Shown here in pieces: positions 9,929 to 18,064 of a DNA stretch of 64,000 nt. The DNA is taken from positions 10,299 through 74,298 of the forward strand of contig CAZFYQ010000005.1 in NCBI GenBank assembly GCA_964523905.1, given 5' to 3'. A program made the translations under genes and the position numbers. The stretch's first letter is position 1. Each line of letters begins with the position of its first letter. Under the pieces are notes generated by a model. It had not been told where the DNA came from and searched no databases. It was given only the letters and a program-made list of their open reading frames with translations. The stretch is from an uncultured Gammaproteobacteria bacterium (GTDB taxonomy: Bacteria > Patescibacteriota > Microgenomatia > Daviesbacterales > UBA10151).

Positions 9929-11545
9929 GTGTCTACTCTTTTCAAAAAACCTTTTTATATCTTAATTCTCACCGCTTTGGTTTTTGTAACTTATGTCAAC
10001 TCTTTAAATAACGTCTTTTTATCAGATGATTTAGCAGAGATTGTTAATAATCCTCATGTGACCGACCTGAGTTATCAAATCACCACTCACCCAACTGGTT
10101 TTATCAGGCCACTGATTTATTGGCTCTCTATTAGTATTGCCGGATTAAATCCGTTTTTAATTAGACTAACCAATATTTTATTCCATCTAGGTTCAGTTTG
10201 GCTGATTTTTGCGATTATTACTAAACTGCATCAGTCGAAAAAGTTGGCCTTTTTTGTGGCATCTTTGTTTGCAGTACATCCCGCATATGCTGAAGCAGTG
10301 GTGTGGATTTCCGGTGGCATGTATGCCCAATATGCCTTCTTTTTCCTGTTATCTTTTTGGTTTTACATTTACTCCCCTGCAAAAAAATATTATCTATTAT
10401 CTATTACCAGTTATCTATTATCCTTCATGTCCCATCCGGTCATGCCAGAAGCGCTTTGGCTGGTGTTCCCATTGTATGAGTTGGCATATGGTAATTTTAA
10501 GAAAAATTGGTTAAAGGCTTTACCGTTTTTAATTCTGGCTGTTTGCTATGTGTTTGTAAATTTCTCTGTTTTACCTGAGCGCGAAACTACTTTGCAAACC
10601 GTACACTATCAGGAAAAAGGCATTGATAACCCGTTTATGCTAATTCCGGTGGCCATTGGCTCCTACTTTGAGCTGTTGGTTTTCCCTAAAGATTTAACTT
10701 TATATCATTCTGAGCTCAATTTTGGCCCATTTGTATTTTCTATAATTGTGGCAATCACTTTAGCCTTTATCGGGGCCCTTTTTTGGGCTTTTAAGAAAAA
10801 CAAGCCGATATTCTTCTGGCTGAGCTTTTTCTGGCTGGCTTTGGCTCCGACCTTGACGCCATTTCGGCTGAACTGGATTGTGGCAGAACGATATTTATAT
10901 TTATCATCCATTGGCATTTTTGTGGCTGTGGGACTGGCTTTAGGTCCTTTATTAAAGAAAAAACAGTACCAGACTATTGCAACTGCGATTTTAGTGTTTA
11001 TTTTAATTGCGCTTTCCGTCCGAACTATTTTCCGCAATATTGACTGGGCTACTGAAGATAACCTGTGGATTGCCACTGGTAAAACCTCTCCATCTTCTCC
11101 TAATACACATAATAATCTGGGAGATGTTTACGGTAGACATGGTGATAAACAAGCTGCTTTACGCGAATTTCAAACAGCCATTGATTTAAAGCCGGACTAT
11201 GGTGATGCTTATCATAATTTGGCTAATACCTATAGAGAACTGGGTCAAATGGATAAAGCCTTAGAAAATTACCAAAATGCCATTAAATATAACCCCGGCC
11301 TTTGGCAGTCTTATCAAAATATAGCGGCCATCTACTTCCAAGCTAAAATGTATGATAAAGCCTTAGCCAACATCCAGCAGGCCATTAAAATTAATCCCAA
11401 TAATCTGAATTTAGTAGATAATTTAGGCTTGATTTATTTAACCATGGGTCAAAAAGATCAGGCCAAACAAGTTTTCCAAGCTGTCTTAAACGCCGCACCG
11501 CAAAACCAATTCGCCCAACAAGGCCTAACAGCAGCTTCCAAATGA
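9929..11545 (+). CDS. polytopic membrane protein with C-terminal TPR repeats (TMTC/DUF1736-like putative glycosyltransferase)
   Basis: About 10 TM helices, then three or more TPR-like repeats (AYHNLANTYRELGQMDKALENYQNAIKYNP...). The stop codon abuts tRNA-Thr. Confidence 0.7.
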   Translation: MSTLFKKPFYILILTALVFVTYVNSLNNVFLSDDLAEIVNNPHVTDLSYQITTHPTGFIRPLIYWLSISIAGLNPFLIRLTNILFHLGSVWLIFAIITKLHQSKKLAFFVASLFAVHPAYAEAVVWISGGMYAQYAFFFLLSFWFYIYSPAKKYYLLSITSYLLSFMSHPVMPEALWLVFPLYELAYGNFKKNWLKALPFLILAVCYVFVNFSVLPERETTLQTVHYQEKGIDNPFMLIPVAIGSYFELLVFPKDLTLYHSELNFGPFVFSIIVAITLAFIGALFWAFKKNKPIFFWLSFFWLALAPTLTPFRLNWIVAERYLYLSSIGIFVAVGLALGPLLKKKQYQTIATAILVFILIALSVRTIFRNIDWATEDNLWIATGKTSPSSPNTHNNLGDVYGRHGDKQAALREFQTAIDLKPDYGDAYHNLANTYRELGQMDKALENYQNAIKYNPGLWQSYQNIAAIYFQAKMYDKALANIQQAIKINPNNLNLVDNLGLIYLTMGQKDQAKQVFQAVLNAAPQNQFAQQGLTAASK

Positions 11546-11617
11546 GCCAACGGTGGGATACGAGCCCACGACCTATCCCTTACGAAGGGAGTGCTCTACC
11601 AGCTGAGCTACGTTGGC
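11545..11617 (-). tRNA. tRNA-Thr (anticodon CGT)
   Basis: Reverse complement gives GCCAACG-TA-GCTC-AGCTGGTA-GAGC-A-CTCCC-TTCGTAA-GGGAT-AGGTC-GTGGG-CTCGTAT-CCCAC-CGTTGGC. The anticodon is CGT. Confidence 0.85.
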
Positions 11618-11646
11618 AAGTTACAGTATTATAGTATAATTAGGGC

Positions 11647-11994
11647 ATGAATGACCTCACAAAACAACATTGTGAACCTTGTGAAGGAGGTACCAAGCCT
11701 TTTACTAAGGCTGAGGCCAATAAATATTTAACAGCTGTGGAAAACTGGGAGCTTTTAGCCACGCAAGGCGTTGCCTTGGAGCCTATGAAAATTCAGCGCA
11801 AATTTTCCTTTAAAAATTTCCAGGAAGCATTGGATTTTATTAATAAAGTAGGAAAACTGGCCGAATCCGAAGACCACCATCCTGATATAAACTTACATAA
11901 CTATAGAAAAGTAGATATTACTTTATCTACTCACGCTATTGATGGACTGTCTATTAACGACTTTGTAATGGCTGCCAGAATTAATCAGATTTAA
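11647..11994 (+). CDS. phhB: pterin-4-alpha-carbinolamine dehydratase (PCD/DCoH)
   Basis: PCD signature E-x-x-x-H-H-P-D seen as SEDHHPDINLHNYRKVDITLSTHAIDGLS. Length 115 aa. Confidence 0.75.
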   Translation: MNDLTKQHCEPCEGGTKPFTKAEANKYLTAVENWELLATQGVALEPMKIQRKFSFKNFQEALDFINKVGKLAESEDHHPDINLHNYRKVDITLSTHAIDGLSINDFVMAARINQI

Positions 11995-11998
11995 ATTA

Positions 11999-12547
11999 CT
12001 AACCCTGTTCATACACCCATCGGCGATATCGGTTTAATCCAGTAATTGCTGCAGCCACAGCCATAGCGGCTGAAACTGCACCAGCTGCATCAACCTGGAA
12101 ACCTCTTGTGAAACCTAAACTAGTACGTTCGCCTCTTACATCATCCTGAATTTCATTCAGTGCTTTTATCCGCATATCAGTATTATTAACTATTTTAAAA
12201 GCTAATTTTTGCTGCATAACTTCCTCAGGAAATTGAATCGTTACTTTTGTCCCCTGAGCTGTAGCTACTTCCTGACGGACAATGGACCTCATTGCTCCAG
12301 TTTCCATAGTGGATACTATAGATCTTGATTGAGTTACTTCTTCTCCGCTATAGCCCTGAGGAATCATATGTAAGTTTTCTCTCACCATTAATCTTTGCTG
12401 TATCTCACTATCCATTGCATTTTTATCTTGTTCAACTAATATCATTCCACCAATACCTAACCCTGCAATTAAAGCTAAACGCCCGCCAACAGAAGAAGCC
12501 ACATTTGCTACCCTTTTTACATAATTAACAGAATTTTCTACTAACAT
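11999..12547 (-). CDS. hypothetical protein
   Basis: 182-aa ORF with Ala/Gly-rich hydrophobic ends. No recognisable family. Confidence 0.4.
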   Translation of the reverse strand: MLVENSVNYVKRVANVASSVGGRLALIAGLGIGGMILVEQDKNAMDSEIQQRLMVRENLHMIPQGYSGEEVTQSRSIVSTMETGAMRSIVRQEVATAQGTKVTIQFPEEVMQQKLAFKIVNNTDMRIKALNEIQDDVRGERTSLGFTRGFQVDAAGAVSAAMAVAAAITGLNRYRRWVYEQG

Positions 12548-12632
12548 ATGGGCCCAATATATTATTTATAGTGTTAATTGTCAATCATAAAGCTGATTTT
12601 GACGAACTAAGAAATAATAGTATAGTAGTTAT

Positions 12633-13526
12633 ATGGATGAGGGGGATATGGAACAAGAAAACTTGGTAGGAATACATCCTGATACATACCTTAGAGAACT
12701 TTACGGCAAAGCAGTTGATCCTGAAACCGGCGCTCACAATATGGGTATGGCCCATACCGCATTAGCAGAAGCCTACTTAGTAAAGCTCGAAGACTTTTGG
12801 AAAATACACCCTGAAGAAGCTCCTCAAATTGCCAAGGATCAGGTTAGCAAAGAATTGGAGGAATTGGTTAAACAAGGCAATGAGGAATCGTTTAAATTAG
12901 CCATATTTAAGGAGGGAGCCAGGGCCTTATTTGCGGAGTCAATTAAGGATGCTGATAACGTAATTATTGATACTGTTGGAAATGAGGAGCAGCAAGCACA
13001 GAAGCTTAAATATCTTAATCCGGCTGAACAGGCCACTCAAGAACTGATAGCCGGCGGGATGAGCCAAGAAGAGGCTACACTACTGGTACGTAAGAAGCTT
13101 GAGGTGCATATTCATGCCGCTAATAAACACCAGGTTATTGAGCAGGAAATCAAAATGTTTAAAGCATTAGGTTATCGAACTGTGTTACTAGCCGATGATA
13201 AAGGCGAAAATATTGCCAAATATCAGGAAATTGGCCGAGCCACCAATGATAATAACCCAGAACACCCATTTCAGGTGTTGGATTATTACGTTAATAACGA
13301 CCCTAAGCAAACAGAAGGAGATATTAATCATTTTGGACAGTTTATGCGGGATGAAATCAAAAGAACTCATGAACAAGGCGGTAAAGTAGCCGTGATCTGG
13401 GACTGGGATGATACGCTTTATGATGAGTCTAAGCGCGTCGCAATTGCCCACCAGATCACTGAAAGATTAATTAATCAAAGATACATCAAAATCGCCTCAG
13501 TTCCTTCCCTACCCGTAGCTGCTTAA
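12633..13526 (+). CDS. hypothetical protein with a C-terminal HAD-motif-I-like segment
   Basis: 297-aa ORF. Residues near the C-terminus read GGKVAVIWDWDDTLYD, which matches HAD motif I (hhhhDxDxTL). The rest has no recognisable family. Confidence 0.5.
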   Translation: MDEGDMEQENLVGIHPDTYLRELYGKAVDPETGAHNMGMAHTALAEAYLVKLEDFWKIHPEEAPQIAKDQVSKELEELVKQGNEESFKLAIFKEGARALFAESIKDADNVIIDTVGNEEQQAQKLKYLNPAEQATQELIAGGMSQEEATLLVRKKLEVHIHAANKHQVIEQEIKMFKALGYRTVLLADDKGENIAKYQEIGRATNDNNPEHPFQVLDYYVNNDPKQTEGDINHFGQFMRDEIKRTHEQGGKVAVIWDWDDTLYDESKRVAIAHQITERLINQRYIKIASVPSLPVAA

Positions 13527-13603
13527 TTTTTCTTAATATAACTGCTATAGTGAAATTGTGGCAGAAGCAACATCAACAGGCTAAGCATAACTAGCTAGCC
13601 AAC

Positions 13604-14323
13604 CTAGGGATGATAAGTTACTTTACGCTGGATGTCTGTAGAATTACCGGCTGCATCAGTGGCCTGGATATCAACCGTATTATCTCCTTCATTAATATCA
13701 ATGGTGGTAGAAAAACCACCATCACTACCAAGCACTACTTGGCTACCATTTACTAAGACTTGGATTCCTGGTTCGGTTTTTCCCGAAACCTGAACCTTTT
13801 TATCACCACCCTGGATAGTTTTATTATCTTCCGGTGAATCCACTGATAAATCCGGTTTTTGGTTATCATAAGTAACAGCATATGTTTTGGAAGGTAAACT
13901 GAGCTGGTTTTTATCATCAACAGTTTTAGCGAAAATATTATTAGTCCCTAAACTTAAAGAGATATCATTAAAAATAAACGAGCCGTCATCTCCGGCTTTT
14001 TCTGTGCCTTTTAGGTCATCATCAATATATAAATTAACTTTAGAATCCGCGGTGGCATAGCCGGAAATAGTAATCTGAGCTGTATTTGTAGCCTCAAAAG
14101 GAATACTTAAAATTGGTGGAGCTAAGGTCGGATTTTCCGCCGCTGATTGGACAGGAGCTGATTTGTGTCCAAAGTTTTTAAAAAAACCTACTCCGTTAAT
14201 TAAAAAGGGTAATACCCAGGTAAAAGCCACATATAATAAGACCAGAATTATTACAATGGTAGCAATAAAATTATAACGGGTTTTACGAGCCAATCTTCTG
14301 TTTGAACGCGTCTGATAAGCCAT
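13604..14323 (-). CDS. hypothetical membrane-anchored extracellular protein (Ig/Big-like beta-rich)
   Basis: Basic N-terminus plus a TM helix. The rest is Thr/Ser/Asp/Gly-rich with repeated VxxGxxD patterns. Confidence 0.5.
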   Translation of the reverse strand: MAYQTRSNRRLARKTRYNFIATIVIILVLLYVAFTWVLPFLINGVGFFKNFGHKSAPVQSAAENPTLAPPILSIPFEATNTAQITISGYATADSKVNLYIDDDLKGTEKAGDDGSFIFNDISLSLGTNNIFAKTVDDKNQLSLPSKTYAVTYDNQKPDLSVDSPEDNKTIQGGDKKVQVSGKTEPGIQVLVNGSQVVLGSDGGFSTTIDINEGDNTVDIQATDAAGNSTDIQRKVTYHP

Positions 14324-14506
14324 GCTTTGTTGTCACATCAAACCTATTCCTGTGACAAGAAATTGTTTTTGATACCTCGCAGCTCCTTTTCTGTGGGGTA
14401 TTTCAATACATTATATCCTAGTAGTAAAATAGATGTCGCTAGTTTACTTCTGGTGATTAGCGAGAAGCGGTGGTAATTTCCGACAAAAGCTAGACAATTT
14501 GCCGGA

Positions 14507-14657
14507 CCTGCCAAAATATAGAATTTTTGGCAGGCAGTGGTAGAATGCCTCCTTCCTCCACTAAAAGCCCGCCCATGGCGGGACATTTTAGTGGACCCAC
14601 CAAAATACCTGCCCGCAATTGCTATGCGTTGCAGGCGGGCGAAGTTTTTGGTGGGCA
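14507..14657. repeat. three consecutive long palindromes of form X-AAAA...GC-rich inner stem...TTTT-X'
   Basis: CCTGCCAAAA-tatagaat-TTTTTGGCAGG; CCACTAAAA-gcccgcc-cat-ggcggga-c-ATTTTAGTGG; CCCACCAAAA-...cctgcccgcaattgc...gcaggcgggcg...-TTTTTGGTGGG. Each outer arm pair is an exact reverse complement. Confidence 0.6.
14535..14556 (+). pseudogene. tRNA-Gly fragment (D-loop to anticodon loop), 21/22 nt identical to the intact tRNA-Gly 390 nt downstream
   Basis: cagtggtagaatgcctccttcc versus cagtggtagtatgcctccttcc in the tRNA at 14945-15016. No acceptor or T-arm is present. Confidence 0.55.
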
Positions 14658-14675
14658 AGGTGATAAGCTAAAAAT

Positions 14676-14954
14676 ATGATGTATTTTACTTATGTACTTT
14701 TGTGCGAAAATAGCAAAACTGGTAAAAAGAATTTTTATATTGGTTGGACAGAAAATCTCGAAGAGCGCTTAGAAGATCATCGATCAAAAAGCACGCCAAC
14801 TACAAAACAATTTGATAAAATAGCGCTGGTTTATTATGAAGCAAGTTTATCTAAAACAGATGCTATCAGCAGAGAGAGGCAGCTCAAGACAGGTTTTGGT
14901 AGAGGCTATATTAAGCGAAGAATCGAAAGTTATTTAAAAGATTTGCGGGTGTAG
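14676..14954 (+). CDS. GIY-YIG nuclease family protein (small, UPF0213/YhbQ-like)
   Basis: FYTYVLLCENSKTGKKNFYIGWTENLEERLEDH carries the GIY-YIG motifs (YVL...YIG...R..EH). The ORF's last 10 nt, including the stop, lie inside the tRNA-Gly 5' end. Confidence 0.8.
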   Translation: MMYFTYVLLCENSKTGKKNFYIGWTENLEERLEDHRSKSTPTTKQFDKIALVYYEASLSKTDAISRERQLKTGFGRGYIKRRIESYLKDLRV

Positions 14955-15016
14955 TACAGTGGTAGTATGCCTCCTTCCCAAGGAGGAGATCGCCGGTTCG
15001 AGCCCGGTCACCCGCT
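14945..15016 (+). tRNA. tRNA-Gly (anticodon CCC)
   Basis: GCGGGTG-TA-GTAC-AGTGGTA-GTAT-G-CCTCC-TTCCCAA-GGAGG-AGAT-CGCCG-GTTCGAG-CCCGG(T)-CACCCGC. Anticodon loop TTCCCAA gives CCC. Confidence 0.85.
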
Positions 15017-15030
15017 CTAAAGCCTATAGT

Positions 15031-15059
15031 TTGACAAGGAACGAGCTATTTAGTATAAT
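15031..15059 (+). promoter_or_regulatory. consensus sigma70-like promoter TTGACA-N17-TATAAT, 6 nt upstream of the 15066 ATG
   Basis: ttgaca (15031-15036), 17-nt spacer, tataat (15054-15059). Confidence 0.45.
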
Positions 15060-15065
15060 CTCTCC

Positions 15066-15860
15066 ATGACAAAAGAAGGATTTGAGCCTATATTTCATGG
15101 AAAAATGGAAGCTGTCGCGCAACTTTCTGATCTGGAATTCCAGGAATATGCCCTTGAGAAGAGTCTCTTACTCCCTAGTGCATTAAGGGAAAAAGCAGCA
15201 GCATTTATCCATAACCTAGGTTTGGGTTTACTAGTTTTACCATCCAGGGTGATTTACATTCCAATATCACACGGCCCATTAAATTCACCTGATGAGCATA
15301 AAACTAAAATTGCAGTAGCTAAAGTTTTGGGCAGAACCGTCGGAAATAGCTTGATTGCGAATGGAGAATCCGTAAGTAAAGTACAAAGCCAGCAAGGTAT
15401 TAGAAGAAGTCATCTACGTTTTTTTAGAGAAATGACTAAATGGGGGTTAACTACTAATATCAAAAGTCAACAAAAAACTTTAAGCGGCTTTGAGATGGCT
15501 ATTACTGAATATTTGGCAGAACATCAACACATAAAAGGTGTTGGGGTTGATTCTTTTGATGGAAATATTGTGAGTACTGCAGTCATGAGCCAAGCTTTAG
15601 AATCCGACAGATTTAATATGGAACAAAATTTGGACTTAATTGCTACCTTTGCTGCTGAAGCGAGAACGCGCAATGCGTTAAATAGAGCCACAGTTTATTT
15701 AGATACAAACCAAGAGCTTATTTTTTTCCAGGGATCACTACATCAAAATGGTGTTACTGAGTGGTGTAAGAGGCATACTGTACCATACCAGATACTTACA
15801 CCTGAAACAGAAGAGGTAGAGGATTCATCAATAATACCAGTTGAAAAGCCGGTAGTTTAG
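15066..15860 (+). CDS. hypothetical protein
   Basis: 264-aa ORF directly after tRNA-Gly, carrying the consensus promoter above. No recognisable family. Confidence 0.5.
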   Translation: MTKEGFEPIFHGKMEAVAQLSDLEFQEYALEKSLLLPSALREKAAAFIHNLGLGLLVLPSRVIYIPISHGPLNSPDEHKTKIAVAKVLGRTVGNSLIANGESVSKVQSQQGIRRSHLRFFREMTKWGLTTNIKSQQKTLSGFEMAITEYLAEHQHIKGVGVDSFDGNIVSTAVMSQALESDRFNMEQNLDLIATFAAEARTRNALNRATVYLDTNQELIFFQGSLHQNGVTEWCKRHTVPYQILTPETEEVEDSSIIPVEKPVV

Positions 15861-15864
15861 GTTT

Positions 15865-16920
15865 TTAAGAAACCCAGTAGCCGTTGGTAAATAATATGGT
15901 AAATGCTGACAGAAGCATTAAACTGATCATCTGATAAAAGAAATTTATTTTCTCGTTTTTGATTTGGGCCAGCAGGATAAAAATTGGAAAGACCGGTAAG
16001 ATAAACCGTGGCATTGATATCAAAGAAGTTGTCAGAAGTGGAATAAGCAGGGTTCCTAAACTATAAATACTTAAAAATCCCGGCAAAAAGCGAAAACTGC
16101 GAATGGCAAATCCCAGCCCAAAAATTGCAAAAAGCAGATCCAGTAAAACATTAAAATCAATGTTAACTCCGCTACTGGTTAAGCTTTTAATACTGTCCCA
16201 AAAGCTAAGACCCGGAATAGTTAAGGCTCTTTGCCAATGCTGTTCAGCAGTAAAAAAATAAAACGGGTCCCCTGTTTGATGAAATAAATAAACACAGTAA
16301 ATTACCAGCCCGATTGGCGATAGCAATACTACCCAATTTTTGCGATTAACTCCGGTTATTAAAACTTCCACAATCAAACTAATTGCTACAATAATTCCGA
16401 CCAATCTGGTAGCAGAAGCTAAGGCAGCAAAAATAGTAGCCCAACCAAATTTTTTATTTTGCCAAAAAGAAAAGGTTAAAACTGCCAACAAAAAAAATAA
16501 GCCCTCAGAATATGCAGTTAAAAAGAAAAAAGAAGTTGGAAAAAAAAGCAATGCCAGTATAGTTTTCTCGGCAATTTTTTTGTCAAACAATTTATTAACT
16601 AAACCGTATAAAAAATGCAATCCCAGAAAAAAAGATCCTCCGCTAATTAAAATTGCTGACAATAGATAATTATTTGTTACTAATGATAAGAATCTGATTA
16701 ACAAAGGATACAAAGGAAAAAAAGCATACTGAAAATTCTGTGAATAACCATTTTTTGCTATCCCTAAAAAATGGCCGCCGTCCCAATTTCCTAGATTGGT
16801 TAAAAAGTCTGTAGAAAATTTACCGGAATGAGGAAATTGCATAAACCCAAAATACGAGATAAAAAAAATCGATATTGCCCATATGCAAAAATAGAAGGTG
16901 ATACTAGAATATAATTTCAT
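15865..16920 (-). CDS. polytopic membrane protein, GT-C-like (PIG-V/DUF2029-type mannosyltransferase-like)
   Basis: At least 9 TM helices. The N-terminal region WDGGHFLGIAKNGY...FFPLYPLLIR resembles GT-C mannosyltransferase family proteins. Start is ambiguous: ATG at 16918-16920 or GTG/ATG at 16951-16953. Confidence 0.5.
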   Translation of the reverse strand: MKLYSSITFYFCIWAISIFFISYFGFMQFPHSGKFSTDFLTNLGNWDGGHFLGIAKNGYSQNFQYAFFPLYPLLIRFLSLVTNNYLLSAILISGGSFFLGLHFLYGLVNKLFDKKIAEKTILALLFFPTSFFFLTAYSEGLFFLLAVLTFSFWQNKKFGWATIFAALASATRLVGIIVAISLIVEVLITGVNRKNWVVLLSPIGLVIYCVYLFHQTGDPFYFFTAEQHWQRALTIPGLSFWDSIKSLTSSGVNIDFNVLLDLLFAIFGLGFAIRSFRFLPGFLSIYSLGTLLIPLLTTSLISMPRFILPVFPIFILLAQIKNEKINFFYQMISLMLLSAFTILFTNGYWVS

Positions 16921-18064
16921 GAACTTTTCTGTTTTGATTCTAACACTGGCCATAATTTGCGGTCAATTAATTAGGGTTCCACTTGGACAATCCGGTTACT
17001 TAAATCTGCTGGATGTGACAGTTGGCATACTGGACCTTTGGGCTTTATTTCAAATCAAATTTAAGTTTAAAAAGCCACCGCTTTTTTTAAATTTTGCTTT
17101 TTTGTTTATTGCTGTCGCCGTTATTTCTTTAATATTTACTCCATTACACTTACAATCTAATCAGTATTTAACCAGCTTTTTTTATACTGTTAGATTTTCT
17201 ATCTATATTTTACTTGCTTGGCTACTGTTATTAGGTGCTTTACCGGATTTAAGAAAAAATATTAGTCCCCTGCTTACTGTTAGCGGAATTATCTTGGCAG
17301 TTTTGGGCTTGCTGCAATTTATTTTTATACCGGATTTAAGATTTTTGCAGAACTTTAGCTGGGATCCACATTACTTCCGGACTGTGTCCACATTTTTAGA
17401 TCCCAACTTTATCGGCGCCTTTTTTGTCTTAACCCTTTTGTCATTACAGAGATTGCCGCGTCCTCGCCGATGGCTCGTCCTCGCAATGACGATTACCTAT
17501 CTGGCTTTACTAACTACTTTTTCCCGCTCCAGTTATTTAATGTTTTTAGTTTCCGGTATTACTTTAGCTTTTTTAAACCGCTCCAAAACTCTACTTTTTA
17601 AAACTCTGACTGGATTTATCATTTTACTGTTGGGATTTTGGTTCTATGTCCAGCTGGTAACCCAGCCACATAATATTGATAGGACTCAATCTGCGGCTTT
17701 TCGTTTAACCACCTGGCAACAAGGTCTAGATTTATTTAGCAAAAATCCCTTTTTGGGAGTTGGCTATAATGCATATCGTTTTGGCATTGAACAATATAAT
17801 TTGGGTAATGAGCAGTTTGTGGAAAGTCATGGTTCTACTTCCAATGATTCATCTTTACTGTCAGTACTGTCCACTACTGGTATCCTTGGACTGATTGCTT
17901 TTGGAGCCTGGTTGTTTTTCTCAGTTAAATATTCACGGGGGGGGAATTTAATTCTGATTTCCGGTATTGTCGGATTATTAATCCACAGTTTTTTTGCTAA
18001 TAGCTTATTTTATCCACCAATATTACTTTGGATAATTCTTAATTCCGTAATCCCCAAAACGTAA
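16919..18064 (+). CDS. O-antigen ligase/polymerase (Wzy_C) family membrane protein
   Basis: Multi-TM protein with the LTTFSRSSYLMFLVSGITLAF segment typical of the O-antigen ligase domain, then a periplasmic loop and further TMs. Confidence 0.6.
   Translation: MNFSVLILTLAIICGQLIRVPLGQSGYLNLLDVTVGILDLWALFQIKFKFKKPPLFLNFAFLFIAVAVISLIFTPLHLQSNQYLTSFFYTVRFSIYILLAWLLLLGALPDLRKNISPLLTVSGIILAVLGLLQFIFIPDLRFLQNFSWDPHYFRTVSTFLDPNFIGAFFVLTLLSLQRLPRPRRWLVLAMTITYLALLTTFSRSSYLMFLVSGITLAFLNRSKTLLFKTLTGFIILLLGFWFYVQLVTQPHNIDRTQSAAFRLTTWQQGLDLFSKNPFLGVGYNAYRFGIEQYNLGNEQFVESHGSTSNDSSLLSVLSTTGILGLIAFGAWLFFSVKYSRGGNLILISGIVGLLIHSFFANSLFYPPILLWIILNSVIPKT

Noticed and set aside
10209-11189. Three short ORFs (10209-10514 +, 10705-11076 -, 11007-11189 +) inside the TPR membrane protein gene
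   Set aside because: These are alternative frames or antisense to a 538-aa ORF with coherent TM and TPR architecture. None has a recognisable motif.
14344-14658. 104-aa minus-strand ORF from the six-frame track
   Set aside because: It lies wholly within the palindrome array and the tRNA-Gly fragment. The translation (…SRHGRAFSGGRRHSTTACQ…) is low-complexity and arises from reading through GC-rich hairpin arms. It is more likely non-coding.
16340-16669. 109-aa plus-strand ORF rich in Lys/Ala
   Set aside because: It is antisense to the polytopic GT-C-like membrane protein gene, and its poly-K/A composition reflects poly-T/A runs on the coding strand.
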